From Lingula anatina (lineage: Eukaryota; Animalia; Brachiopoda): 64,000 bases of DNA. Location of the stretch: the NCBI GenBank assembly GCA_051362555.1, contig CM120648.1, positions 16,550,587 through 16,614,586 on the forward strand, in the 5' to 3' direction. The first letter of the stretch is position 1. Each line of letters begins with the position of its first letter. A program made the translations under genes and the position numbers. Positions 27,001-39,423 of the stretch are shown here, piece after piece. The notes under the pieces were generated by a model. The model did no database searches. It was not told where the DNA came from and saw only the letters and a list, made by a program, of their open reading frames with translations.

Positions 27001-30000
27001 GGAAGGAGAGAGAGGGAGAGATGAAGAGAGAGGGGGGAGGGAAGGAGAGAGAGGGAGAGATGAAGAGAGAGGGGGGAGGGAAGGAGAGAGAGGGAGAGAT
27101 GAAGAGAGGGGGGAGGGAAGGAGAGAGAGGGAGAGATGAAGAGAGGGGGGAGGGAAGGAGAGAGAGGGAGAGATGAAGAGAGAGGGGGGAGGGAAGGAGA
27201 GAGAGGGAGAGATGAAGAGAGGGGGGAGGGAAGGAGAGAGAGGGAGAGATGAAGAGAGAGGGGGGAGGGAAGGAGAGAGAGGGAGAGATGAAGAGAGGGG
27301 GGAGGGAAGGAGAGAGAGGGAAAGATGTAGAGAGAGGGGGGAGGGAAGGAGAGAGAGGGAGAGATGAAGAGAGAGGGGGGGAGGGAAGGAGAGATGAAGA
27401 GATGAAGAGAGAGGGGGAGGGAGGGAAGGAGAGAGATGAAGAGATGAAGAGAGGGGGGGGAGGGAAGGAGAGAGAGGGAGAGATGAAGAGAGGGGGGGAG
27501 GGAAGGAGAGAGATGAAGAGATGAAGAGAGAGGGGGGAGGGAAGGAGAGAGATGAAGAGATGAAGAGAGAGGGGGGGAGGGAAGGAGAGAGATGAAGAGA
27601 TGAAGAGAGAGGGGGGGAGGGAAGGAGAGAGATGAAGAGAGAGGGGGGGAGGGAAGGAGAGAGAGGGTGAGATGAAGAGAGGGGGGGGAGGGAAGGAGAG
27701 AGATGAAGAGATGAAGAGAGAGGGGGGGAGGGAAGGAGAGAGAGGGAGGAGGGAAGGAGAGAGAGGGAGAGATGAAGAGAGAGGGGGGAGGGAAGGAGAG
27801 AGAGGGAGAGATGAAGAGAGAGGGGGGAGGGAAGGAGAGAGAGGGAGGAGGGAAGGAGAGAGAGGGAGAGATGAAGAGAGAGGGGGGAGGGAAGGAGAGA
27901 GAGGGAGAGATGAAGAGAGAGGGGGGAGGGAAGGAGAGAGAGGGAGAGATGAAGAGAGAGGGGGGAGAGGGAAGGAGAGAGAGGGAGAGATGAAGAGAGA
28001 GGGGGGGAGGGAAGGAGAGAGAGGGAAAGATGAAGAGAGAGGGGGGGAGAGAAGGAGAGAGAGGGAAAGATGAAGAGAGAGGGGGGAGGGAAGGAGAGAG
28101 AGGGAGAGATGAAGAGAGAGGGGGGGAGGGAAGGAGAGATGAAGAGATGAAGAGAGAGGGGGAGGGAGGGAAGGAGAGAGATGAAGAGATGAAGAGAGGG
28201 GGGGAGGGAAGGAGAGAGAGGGAGAGATGAAGAGAGGGGGGGAGGGAAGGAGAGAGATGAAGAGATGAAGAGAGAGGGGGGAGGGAAGGAGAGAGATGAA
28301 GAGATGAAGAGAGAGGGGGGGAGGGAAGGAGAGAGATGAAGAGATGAAGAGAGAGGGGGGGAGGGAAGGAGAGAGATGAAGAGAGAGGGGGGGAGGGAAG
28401 GAGAGAGAGGGTGAGATGAAGAGAGGGGGGGGAGGGAAGGAGAGAGATGAAGAGATGAAGAGAGAGGGGGGGAGGGAAGGAGAGAGAGGGAGGAGGGAAG
28501 GAGAGAGAGGGAGAGATGAAGAGAGAGGGGGGAGGGAAGGAGAGAGAGGGAGAGATGAAGAGAGAGGGGGGAGGGAAGGAGAGAGAGGGAGGAGGGAAGG
28601 AGAGAGAGGGAGAGATGAAGAGAGAGGGGGGAGGGAAGGAGAGAGAGGGAGAGATGAAGAGAGAGGGGGGAGGGAAGGAGAGAGATGAAGAGATGAAGAG
28701 AGAGGGGGGAGGGAAGGAGAGAGAGGGAGAGATGAAGAGAGAGGGGGGAGGGAAGGAGAGAGAGGGAGAGATGAAGAGAGGGGGGAGGGAAGGAGAGAGA
28801 GGGAGAGATGAAGAGAGGGGGGAGGGAAGGAGAGAGAGGGAGAGATGAAGAGAGAGGGGGGAGGGAAGGAGAGAGAGGGAGAGATGAAGAGAGGGGGGAG
28901 GGAAGGAGAGAGAGGGAGAGATGAAGAGAGAGGGGGGAGGGAAGGAGAGAGAGGGAGAGATGAAGAGAGGGGGGAGGGAAGGAGAGAGAGGGAGAGATGA
29001 AGAGAGAGGGGGAGATGAAGAGAGAGGGGGGAGGGAAGGAGAGAGAGGGAGAGATGAAGAGAGAGGGAGAGATGAAGAGAGGGGGGAGAGGGAAGGAGAG
29101 AGAGATGAAGAGATGAAGAGAGAGGGGGGGAGGGAAGGAGAGAGAGGGAGAGATGAAGAGAGAGGGGGAGGGAGGGAAGGAGAGAGATGAAGAGATGAAG
29201 AGAGAGGGGGGAGGGAAGGAGAGAGAGGGAGAGATGAAGAGAGGGGGGGAGGGAAGGAGAGAGATGAAGAGATGAAGAGAGAGGGGGGAGGGAAGGAGAG
29301 AGATGAAGAGATGAAGAGAGAGGGGGGGAGGGAAGGAGAGAGATGAAGAGATGAAGAGAGAGGGGGGGAGGGAAGGAGAGAGATGAAGAGAGAGGGGGGG
29401 AGGGAAGGAGAGAGAGGGTGAGATGAAGAGAGGGGGGGGAGGGAAGGAGAGAGATGAAGAGATGAAGAGAGAGGGGGGGAGGGAAGGAGAGAGAGGGAGG
29501 AGGGAAGGAGAGAGAGGGAGAGATGAAGAGAGAGGGGGGAGGGAAGGAGAGAGAGGGAGAGATGAAGAGAGAGGGGGGAGGGAAGGAGAGAGAGGGAGGA
29601 GGGAAGGAGAGAGAGGGAGAGATGAAGAGAGAGGGGGGAGGGAAGGAGAGAGAGGGAGAGATGAAGAGAGAGGGGGGAGGGAAGGAGAGAGATGAAGAGA
29701 TGAAGAGAGAGGGGGGAGGGAAGGAGAGAGAGGGAGAGATGAAGAGAGAGGGGGGAGGGAAGGAGAGAGAGGGAGAGATGAAGAGAGGGGGGAGGGAAGG
29801 AGAGAGAGGGAGAGATGAAGAGAGGGGGGAGGGAAGGAGAGAGAGGGAGAGATGAAGAGAGAGGGGGGAGGGAAGGAGAGAGAGGGAGAGATGAAGAGAG
29901 GGGGGAGGGAAGGAGAGAGAGGGAGAGATGAAGAGAGAGGGGGGAGGGAAGGAGAGAGAGGGAGAGATGAAGAGAGGGGGGAGGGAAGGAGAGAGAGGGA

Positions 30001-33000
30001 GAGATGAAGAGAGAGGGGGAGATGAAGAGAGAGGGGGGAGGGAAGGAGAGAGAGGGAGAGATGAAGAGAGAGGGAGAGATGAAGAGAGAGGGGGGAGAGG
30101 GAAGGAGAGAGAGATGAAGAGATGAAGAGAGAGGGGGGGAGGGAAGGAGAGAGAGGGAGAGATGAAGAGAGAGGGGGGGGGAGGGAAGGAAAGAGAGGGA
30201 GAGAGTGGGAGCCCAGATAGCATGCATACGTTGGGCCAACGTTGGCCCAACGTTGCCTTGGTTGACCATGCAACGTTGGCCCAACGTTGGGTTTCCATCT
30301 AAGTGCTCACTTTGGCCAACGGTTGGCTGAACGTCTTTTTAATGCCAACGCATTGCCAACGTATTCCCAACTAAACTGCGTTGGCCCTACATTGGGCCAA
30401 CTAATAACCAACATTGGTCCAACAATTACCCAACCTGTAACCAACAGTGTATTTACGTTGGTCCTACTAATGACCAACATCAGTCCAACGATTACCCAAC
30501 CAAACTGCGTTGGCCCTACATTGGGCCAACTAATAACCAACATTGGTCCAACAATTACCCAACCTGTAACCAACAGTGCAATTACGTTGGTTCTACTAAT
30601 AACCAACATCAGTCCAACAATTACCCAACCTCAAACCAACAATGCATCCGCATTGGCCCAACGATAGGCCAACTGGTCACCAAGTTATCTGCAATTTGCA
30701 CAACAAATTATGATCCAACCTAAAACCAGGGGCACAGTGATTTACAGTAACCCAACATTGAGCTAAAGGCAAAATCTTTATTTTTTTGGAATCACATAGG
30801 TAGTAGGGCACTGTAATTACACATCTGATGCACAGGCAGATCAATGTCCTGATGAAATATCTTGAGCATCTGAAATCTGCAAACTGCAAGATATGGCTGA
30901 AAAATTGGCAAGGTTTCTAAGGGATGAATCCTTCAGAGGACTTGATCTGCCTTTGATCATTTACACTACACCTGGAAAATTGTCAATTAATAATTGTAGT
31001 TGAAACAAAAAGATTAGCGATATATTTTGAACTGTTTAATTAATTCATAACATTACATAAAACAAATACATTACACCAACTAAATAATGATATGTGAATT
31101 GAAATATAATACAAAAAGACAACAAAGAAAATTTTTATAAGATATTATAATATTAAATTTAAACATTAATAAGTGTGTCTTATATCAATTGTCACATGAT
31201 TCACATCAAAAAAAATTTTAACAGCCCTATGACTTTTCACCTTATTCCTGGAGTCAAGGCATTTTTCTACTAGTAAAGTCTTTTTTGCCCCCATTTCAAT
31301 TTTTAAAAATATTTTCATTAAATTAAATTTTAAACATGAAACCCTTGTTAATGTCAGGTAAGATGCTTTTCATAGGAACTTTCATAAGTTATATGTCAAG
31401 TCTATAAAATCACAGTCTCCTCCGTCAGGCAAAATCTCAGACATTCTCTTTAAAAATCAAATCAGTGGTCATATGAGTTCAATATTTGTGTTTTTTCTCT
31501 CTTTCCTGTCCTGCACCTGCATGATCTTTGGCAAAGCACGATTAGTTAGGTGTATCTTCAACATCTTTTTCTGAACAATCACAGAAGAGTGTGCTGCACC
31601 TACAAATTTAAATATTAAAAACACTTGAAATATAATGCTAGAATTGGTATGGTACATAACATGACTGTACCTCTTCCCCCATATTTCATACACAAACTAG
31701 TACTAGTAGGTGTGTATTATATGATAATCTCCCCACCTTTTCTAAGTTAGGCAAAATCCAATATCTTAACTTTAAAAGTGTGTGTCTTGTGTGCAGTAAT
31801 TTATAGTGATTTATTTAAATTAGTTCTTACGTGTACACTTGACCATGAATTCAGTTTTTAGACAACTGTAATGTACCACTAAATTCTACATCATTTAATC
31901 ATTCCAACAACTCTATCACAGAATTTACTGGCCAGGATTCATACAGACACATAAGAACAATTGGCTTCCAAGGACTTTTAAGGCTCTAATTCAAATCATT
32001 TTCAATGATTTTAACTAATGAGGGCAAGTTATACATTAATACAGTTAAATTAAAGTGTACATACCAAAGGAAAAAGGACTCATTTCATTTAAACTTTGTC
32101 TTTGTAACACATTGATGATGAAAAGTTGAAAATAAAAGTACAAGTAATGATGTATTAAAAGGTATTACCCCCATCTGTGAATTATTGTGTGTATTCATCT
32201 CATTAAACTACAAAGTTTTAAATAATATTTTTACAAAGACAAAATGCTGAAATGCAAACCTTTTTCAAGCCTAATAGCATTTTCAAGTACTTTTCAAAGT
32301 TACATTTAAACTAGAGCCATTTAAACTAGTTACATTTAAACTAGTCCAAAGTGCTGGACTAAATTTGAACACTTTTCAAGACTGTATGGATCCTGGTGCA
32401 TCAGTAAATAACGGGAAAATACACAATTAAAAAGTCACTTACCAGTACATGCTCTCTTCTTATCCTGTCTCTTTATCTCTTCATTTTCTAATTTCCAAAA
32501 AGATGTCTTCTTTTTATATCCAGAAATCAATGCTTTCAGCTGTAATTCTTGCCTCTTCCTTAGAACATTTCTGACCTTCTGGCTTAGATTTTTGAATTGG
32601 CTCAACGGTCAGCGCGCTTAGACTGTGCTATGTATAGTTATTTGACCTGTTTGAGCAGGCAGTATGCAAACTGTTTATATCAAACTGACAGTTAAGATAA
32701 ACACCTGGCTTGTAATGAATCTGGTCCAGTGAAAGTTACCAGTGTACTTAAATCAAAAGTCAATTGATGCTAACTATAAAGTTTAAAATTTATATATTGT
32801 GCAATTGTACATTATAATAAGATTTCAATCATTTGTCTGATTTCAATAACAATAATAATAATAGCAATAATAAAAAATATGTTTCACAGCATTATTTAAA
32901 AATATAAATCTGTTCACTCAGTAATTTTTTATAGGTGAAGTCTATGTACTATATACTATATCCATGCAGAAAAAAAGACAAAATGAAAAATATATATACA

Positions 33001-33653
33001 TGTATATATGAGAGTATATAGCTTGGAAGACAAATAAAAGTAGAACACTGTTTTTTAGCCCAAGGAATTTGACAAACTCTTAATAAAAAAAAATATTTAA
33101 TCCAAAAACTATATTTTACTGATCAATAGATAAGCACATGTGATTCTCAGTTGTGAACAGAAACATTTTTATTATAACAGAAACATTATTCATTTCTATT
33201 GAGTTGTTAATTGGATACGTTGGCCCAACGTTAGGCCAACGTATGCAACAAATATGCACACGTTGGCCCAACGTTGGCCCAACGTGAGCATATTGCAGTT
33301 ATGTTGTGCATATTATGATGTGGTTGGGCCAACGTTGGGCCAACGTATTACTACCAACGCCAACTATGTGCCAACAAACCAACGATTCCCCTACGTTGGC
33401 CCAACGTATGCTTGCTATCTGGGAGAGATAGGACAGGGAGGGAGCGAGAATTTCGTCTTCCATTATTAAACGAACAACAAATATTATATCATATCATATC
33501 ATATTATATCACCTTCAGATATTCACTTTGGACACTGGCCAGTTTGTCAGGGTTTCTGACCACTGCTGTCACGTGATGTCCAGCGCTGAGGGCCTGCTTG
33601 ACCACTTCCTGTCCCGAGGGTCCTGTCGCTCCCAGAACTACCAGACGCTTCAT
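24024..33653 (-). CDS. BLVRB: Flavin reductase (NADPH)/BLVRB-like paralog B, 220 aa
   Basis: Exons 33653-33513, 25463-25262, 24937-24773, 24178-24024; same exon phases as paralog A, open frame; intron 1 expanded to ~8 kb by a satellite and a transposon. Confidence 0.85.
24215..24546. mobile_element. Possible Helentron-associated (HINE/DINE-1-like) non-autonomous element
   Basis: gctatgtttttggttccgttagtctgtttgtcagtttg near one end and ggtctgcgctctgtgagtgttttcctaatt at the other resemble the usual layout of such elements; no copy within the window. Confidence 0.35.
25516..30211. repeat. 4.7-kb polypurine satellite (GAGAGAGAGGGAGAGATGAAGAGAGAGGGGGGAGGGAAG-type units) with higher-order repeats
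   Basis: + strand essentially lacks C; T almost only in GATGAAGA; recurring blocks offset by ~740 and ~1007 bp. Confidence 0.95.
30212..33423. mobile_element. Non-autonomous CMC/EnSpm-like DNA transposon (3.2 kb) in BLVRB-B intron 1
   Basis: TIR CCCAGATAGCATGCATACGTTGGGCCAACG / CGTTGGCCCAACGTATGCTTGCTATCTGGG; AG on both flanks (2-bp TSD); subterminal arrays of GTTGGCCCAAC and a duplicated ~130-bp block at 30370-30630. Confidence 0.8.
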
Positions 33654-33739
33654 CGTCAATTAACGTTCTGACGGAATTGAGAACATGTTTTTTTCTTTTT
33701 CAGGTTATTCTTCAATATTTAGGGTATTTTCAACGTCCG

Positions 33740-33785
<46 letters not shown>

Positions 33786-35986
33786 CACACACACACACAC
33801 GGTTGAAAGGAAAAGCGACATTACTGCATTTAGACGTGCTGCGGGGAGGAGCGGGGGGGGGGGGGGGGTAGGTAATCCGAGGCAGATTGATCTAGTGAAG
33901 TATTCACTGCCTTCTCGGGCGTATATAGGACAAACAGGTGCTATATATTTGGACAGTGATCAATTGTCCCGTTCATTAAGCAGGTCAATTTTCATTAATA
34001 TTGACTAACCAGACCCATTACTTAGTATAAAGGTTGAATAGTTGAAAATCGTCTCAGAGCAGTGGTGTATAAAAGCTGGGGTAGAGTGTCTGTTATACGT
34101 CACTTACCTTGTGGTCGGCTCGTGAAGGTTTAATCTAAATTAATAAGCTTGGTGAACTGAACAATGAATGTGCGTCAAGACGCTGTACGTGTATAAATAA
34201 GATAACGTTTTGGGTATCATACAACATGATCTACTTGTACACCTTGTTCCCTCTCTTTGTCTCTTCCCTGTACCTCGTCACCCCGATGAGGTCAAGTCGT
34301 AGCATAGATAGCATTAAGCCGAGTGAAAAGGCACGTGCTCCTTTACTTTGAAGACATTGAATATATCGCGTAAAGACCGCTGTTTAAAAAGCAGTTAGTT
34401 ATTCCATTTTGTTGAAGACACATCGGAAGCAAGTTTTAAGGGGTGAGTGAAGGCAGGGATTTTCCTAACCCCGTTCTTCGTTCGCTTAAGACTATCGTGG
34501 TTGAATAATTGCCGGTGTAACGTGACAGAGAGTACCCCTTAAAAGAGAGTTCGCTTCCCATTCATTTTTACAGGTAAACCTCGCCCTAGATTTTGACCCA
34601 CTTAGGTCGGGCTAACCCTAACCACTATCACTATATGAAGGGAGGATTTTCTGTTTCACGGACCCTCGGTTTCGTTACACCGGAAAATGTGGATTGGTTT
34701 ACATATCGTCCAATTTTAACAGTCGTCATAAAAACAGTGCACATACTGAAAACCTGTGTATCCCCCCTTTTTTCGCCATTGCCAGTTAAATTTTCAAAAC
34801 AATTGTTATATTTCTTAAAGGTACCTACGAACCGAGCATCGGTGGAGCGTGGATTCCCAGTAACACATGTAAACCACTTCTACTAGATTCTTGTATAAAT
34901 TCGACATGCCAAGGGATAAACTGAATAGATCACTCGATCAGCCATAAAAGACCTTTAGACTGCTCCTTTCTTTAAATTTTTGGTTGTAAATTTAACCTAC
35001 TTTCGTGACCGGATTTCCTGCCCCATTGACATACAGTTTAGAATGCCAGCAGAAAAATCCGTTCGAACATCATTTTCGGGTAAAATTAAACAATGCCTTT
35101 TGGTAATTATCTTAGTTATACTACTTTAAACTATATGCTGGCATTTGGTTGGTTTTTGTGACAAAAAATTGACTTTGTATACATCTTTAAGTTACGAAGC
35201 GCCCTTATTTACGATGTACCAGAGGTATCAATTAAACATTTCTAAAGGCATCTATGGGTCACCGTATTATTTATATGGCTTGTGTAAGGAAAGGGGGGGG
35301 GCACAGACAACGTGCAGTTGATACCCATGCACGTGCATATCCAACATTTTGAATAAAAATGCCTAAACAAAGAGATAAATCTGGGCTTCAACAAAAGTTA
35401 TTATTCAATTAATAGATCTTTATTGGATCTGGCAATTTTTTTACAAAGGCTTTACCTTTAAAATATAAATAAGATATTTTTAAATAAAGCACTGTGTACA
35501 TTTATTATTGCATAATTGCTTAAAGCAATAATAACTCTTCCTTTGAGATTCAAAAATCCGCATGAAATACATTGTAAACAACGCATGGAAATATATTCTA
35601 TTGTATTTCACCACTAAAACGGCCGTTATTGTAGGAAAACTAAAATCTGTGCTTGTCAATAGGGCTTTCGATCCCTTTTTTCCGGTCGACAAGTGCATTC
35701 GTTGCTAATGACGTAATGGTGTCACGCGGATTCTCGCGTTCATTCGAGACCAAAATAACATGGCGGGAAACCCTCAGACGTAAGTTGCGAGTTTTTGTAC
35801 AATGCGTCGGATAACGAAAAGCCCAGAATGGCACACATTGTGGATATAAATGCATTTTAACAAAAAGACGAATATATCTCATGAATCTTATATAGTGTTG
35901 TTGTTGTCTGCTTTTCCCGCGGTTGTAAGTAGGTCACCAGTGACTTTGCAATGTCAGAGAGACCTCCGTCAGTTAAAATCTCTTAA

Positions 35987-36977
35987 AGACAGTCTCAGTG
36001 GGTTAGATTAATGTATAGAAGCAGGTTCTATGTAAAGCTTTGATCAGATTTGTGTTTTGTGAGATTGTTTATTATTATATTAATAAGTCTGGGTCACAAA
36101 AGTCCTGTTAAGACAACTAGAATAAAGAATTAGAAAACGAAAACTATTTATCATGATTTCGGAGCACAGCCAGAAGTACTTCCGGCTCAAGGTCACGACC
36201 TCGATTTTCCCACGCTTACGACCAATCACAGCAGGCTTCAGTCAGAATGAGATAGACGTCACGACTACACAGCGAAACTTGTCAGACATGTAAGTGCCGC
36301 CTGTCCATCTTTTCGGTACATGTTCCGATCAAAAATAGACAACGTAAAGCCCAAAACGCTCTTATACACGTAACCAACTTTGTATGAGCACAAATATTGT
36401 CATTTATTGTGAACAGGATAATATGATAATCAGACACACTTGAGACCTGTGAAGCGCATACTCACGTGTCGAGGAGTAGTTTCGCCATTGCCTCGTATGT
36501 GAGTCCTAACTCAGCTTTAAGTGTCCTCCACCGCCCCACCTCCCTCCCAACATACACAGTCTGAGTGCTTCTTCGTCTGTCTCTAATTTTCTTTCGTATC
36601 TTTCGAACTGGAGTGGCTATTTTCTTTCGTCCCTTTTTGTCGCTCTCCTCTTCAGACTTGACGCGCGTCTGAGCCATGTTTGCTGTTTTGGCGCCAAATA
36701 GTAACATCCGGGTCTCAGCCGTAGTACTTCATTCATAATAAACCGCGAGACTTAGCGAGAAATTGCGCGTTCTGAAGCCGTACTGTGAGGTGGTAGCTGA
36801 GTATTTAAGACGAGTCGTCTTTTATTATTTAATGGAACTTAAAAACGGTATTAGGTAGGTTCATTTTCTCAACGGTTTTGGATAGGATATACCTTGGTCA
36901 TTATGGGGAAATTGGTGAGATTTCCAGGAAAATTCATTTTCGTGCTATTTTAAGGGTTTAACGCGCTGAGACTGTCT
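35987..36977. mobile_element. Nested Kolobok-like TTAA element carrying a short coding exon
   Basis: TIR AGACAGTCTCAG / CTGAGACTGTCT with TTAA duplicated at 35983-86 and 36978-81; the empty site is seen in the homolog at ~2720 (aatctcTTAAgagatttt). Confidence 0.8.
36466..36677 (-). pseudogene. Transposon-borne first exon encoding a basic NLS-like region plus a 'VYVG-E-RW-LK-LG-MA-LLLD' domain
   Basis: ORF MAQTRVKSEEE...RRRSTQTVYVGREVGRWRTLKAELGLTYEAMAKLLLDT ends at a GTGAGT donor; no downstream exon identified inside the element. Confidence 0.5.
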
Positions 36978-37248
36978 TTAAGAGATTTTAACAAAAAACC
37001 GTACGTTTAGGAAAAAACCCTGGATTAACTTCGAATGCAGGAATGGGGTCGTTGGCCATTGGTAAGTACGGGAAAATTGCCGTTTTTTCCAGGAAAATCC
37101 AATTTTTGGCCAAAACGAAGAGTTATTATGACTTTAATTACTGCCGTAAAGTGAGTAAAAATTACTTTTTAAGCGCACTACGTACAGTACATCATGTTTT
37201 TATAAAATGGCAGTGTTTTGGATTTTTCCCCTTATTCATGAATCGTGA

Positions 37249-38780
37249 CTAAACACGCTCAGCCAGCAAGTCTTTGGGTCCAAAACTCATAGGAAGTAGG
37301 GCGTCCACTCTAAGTTTCTTGACCGTCATGTCCGCTGACTTGACCAAGTATAGGTGCCAGTCTGCGCCAAACTGAAACAGTCAAAACTATCTGTGGAAAT
37401 ATATACTCAAGACTCAAGACAGGAAGGATAGGATGGTGTGGTACTCATCCGCAACTGATTAATGAATTTGACATTGAATCCAGGCGTATAGTCGGGATGC
37501 GGGTGGGGGAGGTGGATATGGAGGACCCCCCTTATTTGCCAGGAAAAGTTCCGCTGTGGGTAAAATTTGATCTAGATATACGAAGCTTTCATGGTAATAA
37601 ATAAATATATAAATAAATAAAAACTTATTATAGAAAAAGAGCCCCCATTTTAAAAATTACTGGCAATGGACCTTAAATGGTAAAACTGTGATAAATGCTA
37701 CTTGCTGGTATAAGAAACGCCTCACCTCTTCATAAACTTGTCTGCAAGCTCCACATGGCCCTTTAAAAGTATCCTTTATGTCACTAAAAGAGAAAAAAAA
37801 TGAGTTTCAAAGGCTTGCTTCTGCATTTTATAATATCTGTGCCTGCGCCATCTGAACCTCGGTGCGCAGCGTGTACTTGAAGTTTACCGCGCCTATAACA
37901 ACTGTCAGACGGGTCTTTTAACTACGCCACGTGTCTTTTTATGGAACCACGAATTCCGGATGCGGCAAACTTCAACCAAAATTTTCGTTGAAGTGTCATA
38001 AATGTTTGCTTACTTTGTTGACACCTCATTCGTGAACATATAATTTCAACTCACCATATAACTGCCATTGCTTTAAATTTTCTCTTTCCTGCTGTGAGGG
38101 CATTCCAAATGGCGACTCTTTCCGCACACACCGACAGCCCATACGAGGCGTTTTCAACGTTGCACCCTTGTTAACAAATAATACACAAATTCTATGGCAA
38201 AGCGGAATGGATGCAGGTAATCTATGCCAGCTTGTAGGTAAAAATTGCATTAAAAAAGGACTGTCTTAACGTCCATTTGTAGTGATGTCAAAGACAAGTA
38301 TTTCTGTCTTAATATTCGTCATTATAAGCACAGTGCAAAGGTGAACGCCCAAGATATACTTCGTTGCCACGGGCGACTCTCCTTCTTACTTACTTCCTTG
38401 CGCTCAGTCTCAACAATCCCGACACGTTCTCCATAAATTCCTTTAATTCCCTCTCCTTTCCCCTTCCCTCCCCCCCCCCCCCCTCCACCCCGCTTTCAAT
38501 TTCGTACCTCTCTCTCTCCTCTCTCACTTTTTCCTCGCTCTTAGATCCCATTCCCGCCATGTAGGGAACAGTTTTTCTCTCCCCCCCCCCCCCCCACACA
38601 CACACAAACATTACCTGCAACCAAGCTCCCGTCGTCGCATAAGATGGCGGCACCAACATGGAAACCACTGTACGGACAGTGAGCACGAGTCCTCGCCTCC
38701 ATGGCCGCCGTCACCATCCCCTGCAAATCTGCTGAAAGCGATGTTACTTTGCAGACATCTAATTCCTGGTCCCTTTCCAT
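37249..38780 (-). CDS. CDA: Cytidine deaminase (tetrameric CDA type), 152 aa
   Basis: Exons 38780-38615, 38166-38055, 37783-37726, 37371-37249 (459 nt). Motifs AHCPYSGFHVGAA, GCNVENASYGLSVCAER, PCGACRQ, LLPMSFGP. Confidence 0.93.
37481..37672. mobile_element. Degenerate copy of the 8386-8552 MITE in CDA intron 3
   Basis: Shared blocks ggaaaag-tcc-ct-tgggtaa-atttga-ctag-ta and cccc-tttt-aaatt-ctggc-atgg-cct. Confidence 0.55.
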
Positions 38781-39287
38781 GTTTCAATTTCAAAACTAAA
38801 TTTTGGTTGGCTTCGTTAGTTAATTGGTTATGAGGAACTCGTTCTTGGTGCTAGGTAAATATGGCGCATCTGCTGATATAGTGAACTGCAGGACGAACAA
38901 TGACCCTAACACCAGGTTATGACTTGGATCGATGGCCTATCACTGATGACCTCTTCCAAGTACAACCAAGAGCAGTTTTATCATTAGAAGCACACAGTGC
39001 GTGTTCACTCTTTAAACAAATCGGTTATGGACCCTACCAAGACAAATTGTCGAAGGGGCTGAGGACATTTGACAAGAATATCGAAAGACTGTAACGTAAT
39101 TCAAAAAACTTTTTGAATCTTGTTTATTCATAATTGTTTTGCCCTTCTACAACTGTACCTGGCGGGGAATGACCTCATTACTCGGGGTATTTATGTATTC
39201 TGTATTGTGTCAATCGCACTGGGTAACTAATATCTCGGTTGCTGTTGAGCGCGAATCTTTGGCAAATGTTATTGCGCGCACAGTACT

Positions 39288-39375
39288 GCCCAAGCCGGTC
39301 GCACAGGACTGCCCAGGCCAGTCGCACAGGACAGCCCAAGCCAGTCGCACAGGACAGCCCAAGCCAGCCGCGCAG
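39288..39375. repeat. Short 22-23 bp tandem repeat (cccaagccagtcgcacaggacag)
   Basis: About 4 copies. Confidence 0.8.
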
Positions 39376-39423
39376 CACTTGATTGGTCAACAGAGTCTGG
39401 AGTAGGCATTTCAAGTCGCCATT

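Larger units (their letters stand above)
35524..37133. mobile_element. Kolobok-like TTAA element (outer host element)
   Basis: TTAA(35520-23)-AGCAATAATAACTCTTC ... GAAGAGTTATTATGACT-TTAA(37134-37); right part homologous to 2717-2882. Confidence 0.75.

Noticed and set aside
25457-30298. Three ~1600-aa minus-strand ORFs (L/S/P-rich) and many short E/G/R-rich plus-strand ORFs
   Set aside because: Artefact of a pyrimidine/purine satellite that cannot form stop codons on the minus strand; open in all three frames and located inside an intron
30287-30667. 126-aa repetitive ORF
   Set aside because: Subterminal repeats of the EnSpm-like element
34815-35190. Possible additional TTAA-flanked element
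   Set aside because: Terminal inverted repeat match too weak
37372-37390. Alternative upstream acceptor for the last CDA exon
   Set aside because: Shifts the frame and loses the conserved FG...LLP-SFGP terminus
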